Assembly: GCA_964362515.1 (NCBI GenBank)
Contig: CAYIEP010000002.1
Location: 1 to 32,141 of the forward strand
From: an uncultured Candidatus Saccharibacteria bacterium
GTDB lineage: Bacteria; Patescibacteriota; Minisyncoccia; UBA6257; UBA9933
Reading direction: 5' to 3'
Length of the DNA stretch: 32,141 nt
Shown here in pieces: positions 23,773 to 32,141 of this stretch. Each line of letters opens with the position of its first letter. Position 1 is the first letter of the stretch. Both the position numbers and the translations under genes were made by a program. Below the pieces are notes generated by a model. The model was not told where the DNA came from. It was given only the letters and a program-made list of their open reading frames with translations, and made no database searches.

Positions 23773-25578
23773 TTAACCTTGTATCAATTTTGAAATTTCA
23801 TCAAATTCTTTTAAGGCGGGCTCCATTTTTTCATTATCGCTTTTCAATTCCGCTTCTTTTATTGAATAAGATATCTGCTTTCTCTTTTCTTTTAAGTATT
23901 CCGCTCTTAATTGTCCCAATACTTCTTTAAATTCTTCTTCTATTTTTTCAGAATCAAAAGCGGCCGCCTCAATCGAAGAACGAAGCGATATAAAATTCAA
24001 CATACCGATTAATCTTTCGCTGTCTAAATGTATCCTTTCCGTAATGCTTCTTAAAATCAAAAGGTATTCTTCCGGCAAATACTCAAGATGGCCGTCGACT
24101 TTAGAGCGAAAATCTTCCCTTACTATTAAGAGACTTATAAGTCTTTGGGCTATCAGTTCTCGTCTGGATAACGCCGGCGCGTTCGGACTCATTATCATTG
24201 CCGAATTTTGTAAAGACTGTTTCGAACGGGTTGCTTTAAGGCCGTCCATTTCTTCCAATAAGGACTTTTCGTCTATTTTGACGATATTGGATAATTCCTT
24301 AATCCAATGGGCTTTTTCAACCGCGCTGGCCAGATTTTTGATTTTTCCCAAAATAATTCTGATATTTTTCTTAAATTCGGGCATATCAAAATTTTGAATT
24401 CTTTCTTCCGCGTTCTGAATTACTTTGAGGTATCTTTTAAAATAAAATTCCACGGCCGGAACGGAATTTTTGAGAAGTTCCGCCATAACGCCCGGTTTTT
24501 TTAAAACAGCTTCCGCCGGGTCTTTATAATCGACAATCGCCAAAATCTTTACCAGAAAATCGTTGGCGCCGGCCAAATCAATGGCCCTCTCGGCCGCATT
24601 AAATCCGGCTTCATCAGAATCAAAACATAAAGTAATCTGGTCGGTTAATCTTTTTAGAGTTCTTAAGTGGTCTTCGGTGAGCGCCGTTCCGGAGGTGGCA
24701 AATATATTTTTCACTCCGTCTTGATAAAGCATTGCGAAATCCATCTGCCCTTCGACCAAAACGGCAAATCCCTCTTCTTTTATGTTTTGTTTTGTCTTGT
24801 GAAATCCGTATAAAATTTTCGATTTATTAAAAATAGGAGTTTCGGGACTGTTTATATATTTCCCGAATTCGCCGTTATCGAATTTCGGAAGGATTCTTCC
24901 GGAAAAACCGACAATTTTTCCGGCGCTGTTATGAATCGGAAAAACCACCCTTCCTCTGAACCTGTCAATATAATTTCCTCTTTCGCTTTTCGACGCCAAA
25001 CCCGCTCTTTCAATGTCTTTAATGTTATAGCCGGAATTTATCAAATGAATTATTGAATTATCAAAAGCATTTGGAGTAAAGCCTATTTCAAATTCATCGA
25101 TTGTTTCTTTTTTAAGCCCTCTTTCAATTAAATAATCGCGGGCGTCTTTATTATTTTCAAGTTCTTTTTTGAAAAAATCTTTGGCGGATTCGTTTATATC
25201 ATAAAGAATTCCGAATTGCTTATAATCCGACGGGCTTGTTTTTTTTAATTCAATTCCGGCTTTCTCGGCCAACACTTTTAAGGCTTCGTAAAATTCCAGA
25301 TTTTCGTACTTCATCAAGAACTTAAAAATATCTCCTCCTTCTCCGCAGGCGCCGAAACAATGCCAAGTTTGCCTTTCCGGTGAAACAATGAAAGAAGGGG
25401 TTTTCTCTTTATGAAAAGGGCAATTGGCTTTGAAATTTTTTCCCGCCGGAAAAATCGGAATATAAGAACGGATAAATTCCGCTATATCAAGCTTATCTTT
25501 AATTTCCTGAACGGGAGAAGTAATCATTTGTTTATATTCTAACGCTAAAAAACAATAAGGCAATAATTCCTTACTCAA
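23773..25578 (-). CDS. dnaG: DNA primase
   Basis: Zinc-binding region CPFHKEKTPSFIVSPERQTWHCFG, TOPRIM region VLVEGQMD ... LCFDSDEAG. Immediately upstream of rpoD. Confidence 0.94.
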   Translation of the reverse strand: MSKELLPYCFLALEYKQMITSPVQEIKDKLDIAEFIRSYIPIFPAGKNFKANCPFHKEKTPSFIVSPERQTWHCFGACGEGGDIFKFLMKYENLEFYEALKVLAEKAGIELKKTSPSDYKQFGILYDINESAKDFFKKELENNKDARDYLIERGLKKETIDEFEIGFTPNAFDNSIIHLINSGYNIKDIERAGLASKSERGNYIDRFRGRVVFPIHNSAGKIVGFSGRILPKFDNGEFGKYINSPETPIFNKSKILYGFHKTKQNIKEEGFAVLVEGQMDFAMLYQDGVKNIFATSGTALTEDHLRTLKRLTDQITLCFDSDEAGFNAAERAIDLAGANDFLVKILAIVDYKDPAEAVLKKPGVMAELLKNSVPAVEFYFKRYLKVIQNAEERIQNFDMPEFKKNIRIILGKIKNLASAVEKAHWIKELSNIVKIDEKSLLEEMDGLKATRSKQSLQNSAMIMSPNAPALSRRELIAQRLISLLIVREDFRSKVDGHLEYLPEEYLLILRSITERIHLDSERLIGMLNFISLRSSIEAAAFDSEKIEEEFKEVLGQLRAEYLKEKRKQISYSIKEAELKSDNEKMEPALKEFDEISKLIQG

Positions 25579-27397
25579 CCGTCACGCTTTTGGCCAGATT
25601 TCTGGGTTTATCCGGGTCAATCCCCTTAAAAACAGAGCAATAATAAGCGAAAAGCTGAAGCGGAATAACCGACAATATGGGAGCAATTATTTCCATGGTT
25701 TTAGGCATATAGATAATATTTTTTGTTATATTTTTAATGTTTTTATCGCCTTCGGCGGCTATGGCTATTATCGGCCCTTTTCTAGCTTTTACTTCTTCCA
25801 AATTGGAGAGCATCTTTTCATAAACGCTATCCATCGGAACAATTCCAAAAACCGGAAAATTTTTATCTATTAAGGCGATTGGCCCGTGTTTCATTTCTCC
25901 GGCGCCGTAGCCTTCGGCATGAATATAAGAAATTTCTTTAAGTTTTAACGCGCCTTCAAGGGCAATGGGATAATTATATTTTCTTCCCATATACAAAAAA
26001 TTATTATATTTATGAAATTCTTTAGCCAGCTTTTTAATTTGAGGCGCTTGCTTTAAAATTTTCTTAACAAGATTCGGCAGATTAACCAATTCTTTGGCGA
26101 TCGCGCGTCCGTCAACCAATGACATATTTCTCTGTCTTCCCAGAAATAACGCTATTAACGCCAAAATTGCCAATTGCGAAGTAAAAGCTTTTGTTGAGGC
26201 GACTCCTATTTCCGGCCCGATGTGATTATAAACTCCTATATCCGTTTCTCTCGAAATCGAAGAACCGACGACATTGACCACTCCGATAGTTAGAATTCCT
26301 TTTTGTTTCGCTTCTTTTAAGGCGGCCAGCGTATCGGCGGTTTCTCCCGATTGCGACATAAAGAGCATCGCCGTTTTTTCGTTTAATATCGGCTTTCTGT
26401 ATCTGAATTCGGAAGCGTATTCAACTTCCGTCGGCAGTCCGGCGTATTCTTCAATCATATACTCTCCGACTAATCCCGACAGATAAGCCGTTCCGCAACC
26501 GCTTATTATAATTCTGTCGATATTTCTTAATCTCTCGGAAAAATTTTCAAAACCGCCGAACTTCGCCAAACCTTCTTTCTCTATCAATCTGCCGGCAACA
26601 GAATTTTTTAAAGATTCCGGCTGTTCAAATATTTCTTTAAGCATAAAATGCGGATAGCCGGATTTTTTCGCTTCTTCTATGTTCCATTCCAAAATTTCCG
26701 TTTTTTTATCAAATTTTTCGTTTGAAAGATTTATAAAATACAATTCTTTATCGTTCATCACCGCTATTTCTCCGTCATTAAGATAAACAACTCTTTTTGT
26801 ATAAGGCAAAATCGCCGAAGCGTCGGAAGCGACAATATATTCCTTGTCTCCCAAACCGATTAAAAGCGGAGAAGAATTTCTGGCGGCAACTATTTTATTT
26901 TCGTCTCCTTTGGAAATTGCCACCAAGCCGTAAGTCCCTTTAATGATTTTAAGAGCCTTGACCACCGCGTTTTCCAGATTCCCTTTAAAAAATTTTTCGA
27001 TTAAATGAGCCAAAACTTCCGTATCCGTTTCGGAATAAAATTTGTGGCCTTCTTTTTTTAATTTTTCTTTGAGCTCTAAATAATTTTCGATTATTCCGTT
27101 ATGAACGATGAATATGTTTTTTCCGCAATCATGATGAGGATGGGCGTTTTCTTTTGTAACTCCTCCGTGAGTGGCCCATCTTGTGTGAGCTATCCCCGCG
27201 TTTCCGTTCAGCTTGTCCGTATCAACCAAATTTATCAGAGAATCAATTTTACCGACGGCCTTAATCGTTTTTATACTAAAAGAGTCGCGAACGCTTATGC
27301 CGGACGAATCATATCCTCTGTATTCCAATCTTTTTAATCCGTCTAAAAGAACCGACGCCGCCTTTTTATTTCCTATGTATCCGACAATTCCGCACAT
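25571..27397 (-). CDS. glmS: glutamine--fructose-6-phosphate aminotransferase (isomerising)
   Basis: MCGIVGYIG N-terminal nucleophile, two SIS domains, C-terminal PRNLAKSVTVE. 8-nt overlap with dnaG. Confidence 0.97.
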   Translation of the reverse strand: MCGIVGYIGNKKAASVLLDGLKRLEYRGYDSSGISVRDSFSIKTIKAVGKIDSLINLVDTDKLNGNAGIAHTRWATHGGVTKENAHPHHDCGKNIFIVHNGIIENYLELKEKLKKEGHKFYSETDTEVLAHLIEKFFKGNLENAVVKALKIIKGTYGLVAISKGDENKIVAARNSSPLLIGLGDKEYIVASDASAILPYTKRVVYLNDGEIAVMNDKELYFINLSNEKFDKKTEILEWNIEEAKKSGYPHFMLKEIFEQPESLKNSVAGRLIEKEGLAKFGGFENFSERLRNIDRIIISGCGTAYLSGLVGEYMIEEYAGLPTEVEYASEFRYRKPILNEKTAMLFMSQSGETADTLAALKEAKQKGILTIGVVNVVGSSISRETDIGVYNHIGPEIGVASTKAFTSQLAILALIALFLGRQRNMSLVDGRAIAKELVNLPNLVKKILKQAPQIKKLAKEFHKYNNFLYMGRKYNYPIALEGALKLKEISYIHAEGYGAGEMKHGPIALIDKNFPVFGIVPMDSVYEKMLSNLEEVKARKGPIIAIAAEGDKNIKNITKNIIYMPKTMEIIAPILSVIPLQLFAYYCSVFKGIDPDKPRNLAKSVTVE

Positions 27398-27402
27398 TTT
27401 TA

Positions 27403-28188
27403 TTACTTTAACATTTTACTGAAAAAATCCGAAGACGACATCTTAAAATTTCTTTTTATTATTTCCTTTACCAAAGCGGCGTAAATATGGTGATTGCCGA
27501 ATCTTTTTATTTCTATTTGAGAAACCTCACTGTCCGTTAAAGACTTTAAAATGAAGTTCTGGCCGTCCATCGCCTTTTTTACGTTAATCGCCTGAAAATC
27601 GGCGCCGTCGGAAAAACCGTAAGTCAAAACTCTGCCGTCAAAATAATTTTTTAAATTTTTCACCCTTTCGTCGTCAAAGTTCAAAATGGCGATTCCGCCG
27701 AAAGACAATTTTTTTATAAGCTTTTCATACTCCTCCGCTATTTCGTCCAAATTTTCAAAATTTTCCGCGTAAATCATCGTTATGGTCGTAATAATCGCGG
27801 CATTAGGTTTAACTATGCTTAATAAATAATCCATATTGTCCGGCTTATCCACGGACATTTCCAAAACAAGATAATCGGTAATTGGCAGTTGACGGTTGGT
27901 AATTAATTTAAGCCCTTGCCATAAAATATCCAACCAGTTTAAAAACCTTCCTTCTCCGGAAGGAAGACCGAGTATTGATAAGGGAAGGCCTATTTCCGCG
28001 TTAAAATTTTTCTTATTGGCGCGCGCCGAAAAACTTTTTTCTTCAAGCGCGTTTTTAACTGTTTCTTTTATCCAATGTCTTCCGGTTGTTCCGGCAATTA
28101 TTATTACATAAGGGTTGGCGCGAAAAATATAGATTTTCGCCAGCCATTTCAAAATAAATTCTATTATTTTCTTAAAAACTTGTTTCAT
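27403..28188 (-). CDS. Mur ligase (MurF-like) central-domain protein with degenerate catalytic motifs
   Basis: VIIIAGTTGRHWIKETV ... NFNAEIGLPLSILGL ... VLEMSVD ... PNAAIITTI ... ILNFDDE tracks the MurF middle domain. The P-loop is GTTGRH instead of GxxGKT/S. The N- and C-terminal Mur domains are absent (261 aa). Confidence 0.55.
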   Translation of the reverse strand: MKQVFKKIIEFILKWLAKIYIFRANPYVIIIAGTTGRHWIKETVKNALEEKSFSARANKKNFNAEIGLPLSILGLPSGEGRFLNWLDILWQGLKLITNRQLPITDYLVLEMSVDKPDNMDYLLSIVKPNAAIITTITMIYAENFENLDEIAEEYEKLIKKLSFGGIAILNFDDERVKNLKNYFDGRVLTYGFSDGADFQAINVKKAMDGQNFILKSLTDSEVSQIEIKRFGNHHIYAALVKEIIKRNFKMSSSDFFSKMLK

Positions 28189-29366
28189 TTGTTAAAATAT
28201 TTATTTATTCTATTGAACGCTTCATTAATATCTTTCTCGCTCCTGCCAAAAGACATTCTTACGTGGCCCTCGCCGCTTGGCCCAAAAGCAATGCCCGGCA
28301 CAACCGCCACGCGGGATTTTTTAAGCAAATCGAGAGAAAACTTCCAAGAATCTTTGTTTTTCAAAGTTTTCGGAAAAACAAAATAAGAACTATTCGGCTT
28401 TTGATAAGAAAAATAATCAGATAATTCATCAAGCCTGCCGCATATCAAATCTCTTCTTTTTAGATATTCTTTTTTGAATTCTTTTATTTCTTTGTCGGCG
28501 TAATCCAGAGCCGCCATAGCCGCGTATTGCGATATCACCGGCGCGCAAGTAATCAAACAATCGTGGACTTTAATGATTTCTTTTATGTTTTCTTCGTCGC
28601 CGTGAATAAATCCTATTCGCCAACCGGTCATGGCATAGGCCTTGGAAATACTGAAAGCTCTTATTACCGTTTTTCTCAATTCCGAAATTTGAGCTATGGA
28701 AAAAAATGGGACTGCGGAATTATCATATATAAAGTCTTTATACACTTCGTCGCTGATTATGAAAAATTTTTTCTTTCGCGCTAATTCGGCGATTTTTAAT
28801 AAATCTTCTTTTGGGAAAATAGTCCCGGTGGGATTGTTCGGATTGCAGAATAATATCGCGGCTGTTTTAAAATTTATTTTCTTTATTAAGCTGTCAAAAT
28901 CTATCTGCCAACCGTCAGCTTGTCCTGAGTCTGCCGAAGGATTTTCAATCAAATTCACGAAAACCGGTTTTCCTCCGGCAACCTTTACGATTTCCCGATA
29001 AGAAACATAGGCCGGAGAAAAAATAATCACTTCGTTTTTTTTATCGTTTATTATCGAAATTAAAGAAGCCGTTATGCCTTCTGTCGCGCCCGCCGTAACT
29101 ATTATTTCTTCTTCAAAATCGTAATACATATTCTCTTCAGCCAATTTCTGCTCAATGGTTTCTCGCAATTCCGGCAAACCGTAAGTTAAAGAATACTTGG
29201 CTACAAGTCCCCTGTTTAAAGCCTTATGCGCCGCTTTCTTTATAACTTCGGGGGTGTCAAAAGAATGAACCCCTTGCGCTAAAGAAATAACATCGGGAAT
29301 TTTTGAAGCGAAAATTTCAATCGTTTTAATCGGAGAAAGATTTATGTTTTTAGTCCTTAAGAACAT
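28185..29366 (-). CDS. pyridoxal-phosphate-dependent aminotransferase, class I/II
   Basis: CNPNNPTG and SISKAYAMTGWRIGF (PLP-lysine motif). The track ORF begins at TTG 29369; the ATG at 29366 is taken as the start. Confidence 0.88.
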   Translation of the reverse strand: MFLRTKNINLSPIKTIEIFASKIPDVISLAQGVHSFDTPEVIKKAAHKALNRGLVAKYSLTYGLPELRETIEQKLAEENMYYDFEEEIIVTAGATEGITASLISIINDKKNEVIIFSPAYVSYREIVKVAGGKPVFVNLIENPSADSGQADGWQIDFDSLIKKINFKTAAILFCNPNNPTGTIFPKEDLLKIAELARKKKFFIISDEVYKDFIYDNSAVPFFSIAQISELRKTVIRAFSISKAYAMTGWRIGFIHGDEENIKEIIKVHDCLITCAPVISQYAAMAALDYADKEIKEFKKEYLKRRDLICGRLDELSDYFSYQKPNSSYFVFPKTLKNKDSWKFSLDLLKKSRVAVVPGIAFGPSGEGHVRMSFGRSEKDINEAFNRINKYFNK

Positions 29367-29433
29367 CAATATTATTATAGAAAAAAATCACGGATATTAA
29401 AAATGCGCCGAATTATTATTTTTTAAAGCGCAT

Positions 29434-29727
29434 TTAGTTCCCTACCAGTATCAAAAATGAATATACACACACATAGAACGCCACCAGACCTTTATAAATT
29501 CCCTCTCTCTTTTTATTATCAACAACGGCGATTTCTATTAAAACAATACCCAATCCATTCATCCATATTTTAGCGGTAGCAAGGCCCGCTAAGCCCACCG
29601 ATGAATAATAGAATTCTAAAATGGGATTAGCTTCTTTCGCTCCGAAAAAAGAAATCAAAATAATAGTGGCTATTAAATCGGCGAGGCATAAAAAAACAAG
29701 GATACGTCCGTAGCCATTCATTTTCAA
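29434..29727 (-). CDS. small integral membrane protein (97 aa, about 3 TM segments)
   Basis: Hydrophobic throughout. The LADLIAT...GAKEANPI pattern resembles DUF5658-type proteins from memory (unverified). GAGG lies 6 nt upstream of the ATG. Confidence 0.6.
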   Translation of the reverse strand: MKMNGYGRILVFLCLADLIATIILISFFGAKEANPILEFYYSSVGLAGLATAKIWMNGLGIVLIEIAVVDNKKREGIYKGLVAFYVCVYSFLILVGN

Positions 29728-29757
29728 CCTCTTTGGTTTTTAAGGTCCTGTAGGGTG

Positions 29758-29766
29758 ATTATAACA
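29758..29766 (-). promoter_or_regulatory. Extended -10 element (TGTTATAAT) upstream of the small membrane protein gene
   Basis: Minus sense TGTTATAAT lies just after the hydrolase stop, about 30 nt upstream of the ATG at 29727, with AAAGAGG as a Shine-Dalgarno sequence. Confidence 0.35.
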
Positions 29767-29768
29767 AT

Positions 29769-30800
29769 TTATTGACCGAAAACAACATCGGCAAGCTTGT
29801 TTCTTATAATATTTATAAATGACGGATTTTGCGGTTTTCTTTTTGGATAAGTGTAATTGGAAAGAATCACCAAGGCAACGCCTCTATTTATATCGCCAAC
29901 GCAAGAACATCCGGTAAAACCGGTCTTGCCGAAAGTCTTCCCGTCGCGATATTTTCCCATAAAACTCGGCTGATTAAGCGCCCAGCCCAAACCGAAACTT
30001 TCATTAAGATAACCAAGCTGATTAGTTGTCATTAATTCAATTATTTCTTTTGATTCGTTTAAAAGAGATTCCATAAAATTCAATAAATCGGGGACGGTTG
30101 AAAAAAGCCCGGCCGAACCGACAATCATTTTCTCTCTTAATTTATAAGCGCTTTCGTCGTGTGCTTCTCCTTGGATAATTTTTCCCCGCCAATCGTCAAT
30201 CTCCGTTGGAACAATTTCGTTTTTGCTGAAATTTTCCAAAGGTTTGAAAGAGGTTCTCTTCATTTTAAGGGGGTTAAAAAATATTTCTTGGGAAATATTA
30301 TCAAGCTTGTCTTTATAAATTCTTTCAATTGCCATTCCTAAAAGAATGCTTGTAGAGTTGCTGTAAACGAATGTTTTGCCGGGCTTTTCTCGAAATTCCG
30401 CAGTCAGTATTAATTTTAAAATCTCATCGGCTGATTTGTCTTTATGTTCGGAGAGTTTAAACCCGAAATTAACCGTATAAGTCAAAAGATGTTTTATTAA
30501 AACTTTTTCTCTTTGGCTGTTTTGAAATTCCGGAATGAATTTTATCAATTTATCGTCAATATTCAGTCTTTCTTCATTAATTAGTTTTAAAGCCAAAGAA
30601 GCGGTGGGAATTGATTTAGTTATTGAAGCAACGTCAAAAATGGAATCCTCTTTTACTAATGGAGAATTTTCGCCGTAAGTAAATCGTCCGAACGGCAAAA
30701 TAATTTTTTCGCCGTCTTTTTTGATAATTCCGATTACGCAGGCCGGAAAAATTTTTTCCTTGATGGCCGATAAAACTATTTGCTCAATTTTTTCTTTCAT
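29769..30800 (-). CDS. serine hydrolase of the beta-lactamase / DD-peptidase (class C-like) family
   Basis: All three signature motifs are present: SITK (SxxK), YSN (YxN) and KTG (FGKTGFTG). Confidence 0.85.
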   Translation of the reverse strand: MKEKIEQIVLSAIKEKIFPACVIGIIKKDGEKIILPFGRFTYGENSPLVKEDSIFDVASITKSIPTASLALKLINEERLNIDDKLIKFIPEFQNSQREKVLIKHLLTYTVNFGFKLSEHKDKSADEILKLILTAEFREKPGKTFVYSNSTSILLGMAIERIYKDKLDNISQEIFFNPLKMKRTSFKPLENFSKNEIVPTEIDDWRGKIIQGEAHDESAYKLREKMIVGSAGLFSTVPDLLNFMESLLNESKEIIELMTTNQLGYLNESFGLGWALNQPSFMGKYRDGKTFGKTGFTGCSCVGDINRGVALVILSNYTYPKRKPQNPSFINIIRNKLADVVFGQ

Positions 30801-30807
30801 TTTAATA

Positions 30808-31362
30808 TCAACCCCTTAAGAGTTTTTCAAAATGATGCCAGTCTTTTCGGTCTTTATATCGACCGCCCCATTGCCAGCCGTATTTATCAAAAATTTCTAC
30901 CACCGGCCCGCCATCAAAAATCGTGCCCGGCTTTTCCGGCAAATATCGCGCGCCCCGAGGATGAATGGAATAATCTCTCGCGACATAGGGATTAAAAAAC
31001 GGATTTATATCTATTGCCCGGCCATAAGAATGGTTGGATAATTCATTTGTCATATAAATAAACCTATAATTGAAAGCGGAAGAGTTATTATCCTCCATTG
31101 ATTTTTCGTCAGACCAATCGTATTTTGAAACCGGAATAATCTTGGCTATGGGAAATTTTCTATCTTTAAGAAAAGCAAAAATCCGCCCTACTTCATCAAT
31201 GAGCTTTTTATGAACGATTAATTGCCCTTGATGAGGCCTGTTGTCAAAAGACCAATGAATAATATCGATTATCCCCAGACTATCTTTAATGTCCGGCGGT
31301 ATGTCTTTGCCGGAAACCGCTTCTTCAAAAGTTGTGTCGCTGTCAATTATTATTTTTTCCAT
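30808..31362 (-). CDS. M15-family zinc D,D- or L,D-peptidase (VanY/endolysin-like fold)
   Basis: SNHSYGRAIDIN matches SxHxxGxAxD, and the C-terminal DWHHFE matches the second metal-ligand motif of the family. Confidence 0.8.
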   Translation of the reverse strand: MEKIIIDSDTTFEEAVSGKDIPPDIKDSLGIIDIIHWSFDNRPHQGQLIVHKKLIDEVGRIFAFLKDRKFPIAKIIPVSKYDWSDEKSMEDNNSSAFNYRFIYMTNELSNHSYGRAIDINPFFNPYVARDYSIHPRGARYLPEKPGTIFDGGPVVEIFDKYGWQWGGRYKDRKDWHHFEKLLRG

Positions 31363-31948
31363 CTAATTTATTTCTTAATAATAAAGCCGCGGAAATTCCG
31401 ACCAGCGCGAGAATCAGAAAAAATATAATATGACGCACGGCTTCAACTTCGGTAATGAAACGCAAAAACGAATTATGCGAATAAAATCCCAAAAAAACAA
31501 AAATTGGGGTATAAACCAAAAGCGCGACGGAGTCGTAAAATAAAAACTTATTCGGTTTCATTTTAATAATACTGGCGACAATCGGCGATAAAAAACGCAA
31601 CCCCGGAATAAAACGCATTACGAAAATAGTTCTTCCGATGTGTCGATGAGACATAATTTTATGATTAAAAAATTTATTATTTTTTATTTTTTCTTTTAAC
31701 TTTTCCGTATATTTGCTTTCTTGGGAGGACAATTTAAACAACAAAATATCACCCAATAAAATCGCGAAAAAACTTACAAATAAAACCGGGGATAATTTAA
31801 TAAGACCGGAACTGGATAAATATCCGGCGGCTAAAAGAATAATTTCCTCCGGTATCGGAAAAATAGAGCCGGAAAACAAAAGTAAAATAAAAATTCCGAT
31901 ATAAGAAAACTGCTCAAGGTATCCGATCGCCGAAAAAATATCCTGCAT
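31343..31948 (-). CDS. DedA/SNARE-associated family membrane protein
   Basis: FPIPEEIILLAAGYL ... FILLGDILLFKL ... FVMRFIPGLRFLSPIVASI are typical DedA-family motifs. 20-nt overlap with the M15 gene. Confidence 0.8.
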   Translation of the reverse strand: MQDIFSAIGYLEQFSYIGIFILLLFSGSIFPIPEEIILLAAGYLSSSGLIKLSPVLFVSFFAILLGDILLFKLSSQESKYTEKLKEKIKNNKFFNHKIMSHRHIGRTIFVMRFIPGLRFLSPIVASIIKMKPNKFLFYDSVALLVYTPIFVFLGFYSHNSFLRFITEVEAVRHIIFFLILALVGISAALLLRNKLDGKNNN

Positions 31949-31957
31949 GTTGTAAAA

Positions 31958-31986
31958 ATCTTAATAATATTTCAAAAACTTATCAA
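31958..31986 (-). promoter_or_regulatory. Candidate sigma70-type promoter abutting the DedA start codon
   Basis: Minus sense TTGATA (31986-31981), 17 nt, TAAGAT (31963-31958), then 9 nt to the ATG at 31948. No Shine-Dalgarno sequence. Confidence 0.35.
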
Positions 31987-32089
31987 TCCAATTTAAAAAT
32001 ATTTTTGATTTCTTCTATTTAATACCTCCGCTTTCTCCCGCACATGGCGGTGTCTGTTTGAAAATATCCGAACGGAACTGACTGGACTC

Positions 32090-32128
32090 GGCGGGCGGAA
32101 TTCCCCCCACACCCCCCTTCCGCCCGCC
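32090..32128. other. GC-rich 11-bp hairpin with a C6-ACA-C6 loop inside a roughly 70% G+C terminal segment
   Basis: ggcgggcggaa (32090-32100) is the exact reverse complement of ttccgcccgcc (32118-32128). By my count 44 of the last 61 bases are G or C, against an AT-rich contig. Confidence 0.6.
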
Positions 32129-32141
32129 TCGCCTTGAACCG

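Noticed and set aside
29364-29369. TTG at 29369 as the aminotransferase start (as in the ORF track).
   Set aside because: The next codon is ATG (29366), which is the more likely initiator. The difference is one residue.
1-32141. Alternative genetic code (UGA recoding as in some CPR lineages), CRISPR arrays, tRNA/rRNA genes, transposases or integrases.
   Set aside because: UGA terminates conserved genes at the expected length (infA, rpsC, DedA), so the standard code applies. No repeat-spacer arrays, cloverleaf-compatible GC-rich segments or mobile-element proteins were seen on either strand.

Overview
AT-rich (about one-third G+C by eye), tightly packed contig, coded almost entirely on the minus strand. 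It looks like a small-genome, Candidate Phyla Radiation (Patescibacteria)-like bacterium; that assignment is inference from compactness, truncated housekeeping proteins and no rpmD after rpsE. UGA is used as a stop codon, so the standard code applies. Bases 1-29 are an Illumina adapter remnant. On the plus strand: a 5'-truncated dnaE tail, thrS and miaA. On the minus strand, in transcription order: a cell-envelope group (DedA, M15 peptidase, SxxK serine hydrolase, small membrane protein, class I/II aminotransferase, degenerate MurF-like protein, glmS), dnaG-rpoD, alaS, a membrane-anchored hypothetical, then a rearranged ribosomal super-operon (infA-rpmJ-rpsM-rpsK-rpsD-rpoA-rplQ, tuf-rpsJ, rplC through rpsE, then rplK) and gatB. 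The parts not explained by genes are the most interesting. (1) A 539-nt ORF-free, highly structured spacer splits rpsJ from rplC; it holds a strong intrinsic terminator, a 91-nt long hairpin, a perfect 20-bp inverted repeat and a promoter/attenuator-like rplC leader. (2) A 384-nt structured spacer lies between rpoD and alaS, with a thrice-repeated module giving mutually exclusive helices. (3) A roughly 70% G+C hairpin element sits at the 3' contig edge. At protein level, RpoA stops after its N-terminal domain (no alpha-CTD), RpoD has a roughly 70-residue poly-lysine N-terminus where region 1.1 normally sits, and ThrRS, AlaRS and the MurF-like protein are domain-reduced. I could not assign any spacer to a known RNA family by eye. 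No CRISPR array, tRNA, rRNA or recognisable mobile element was seen.
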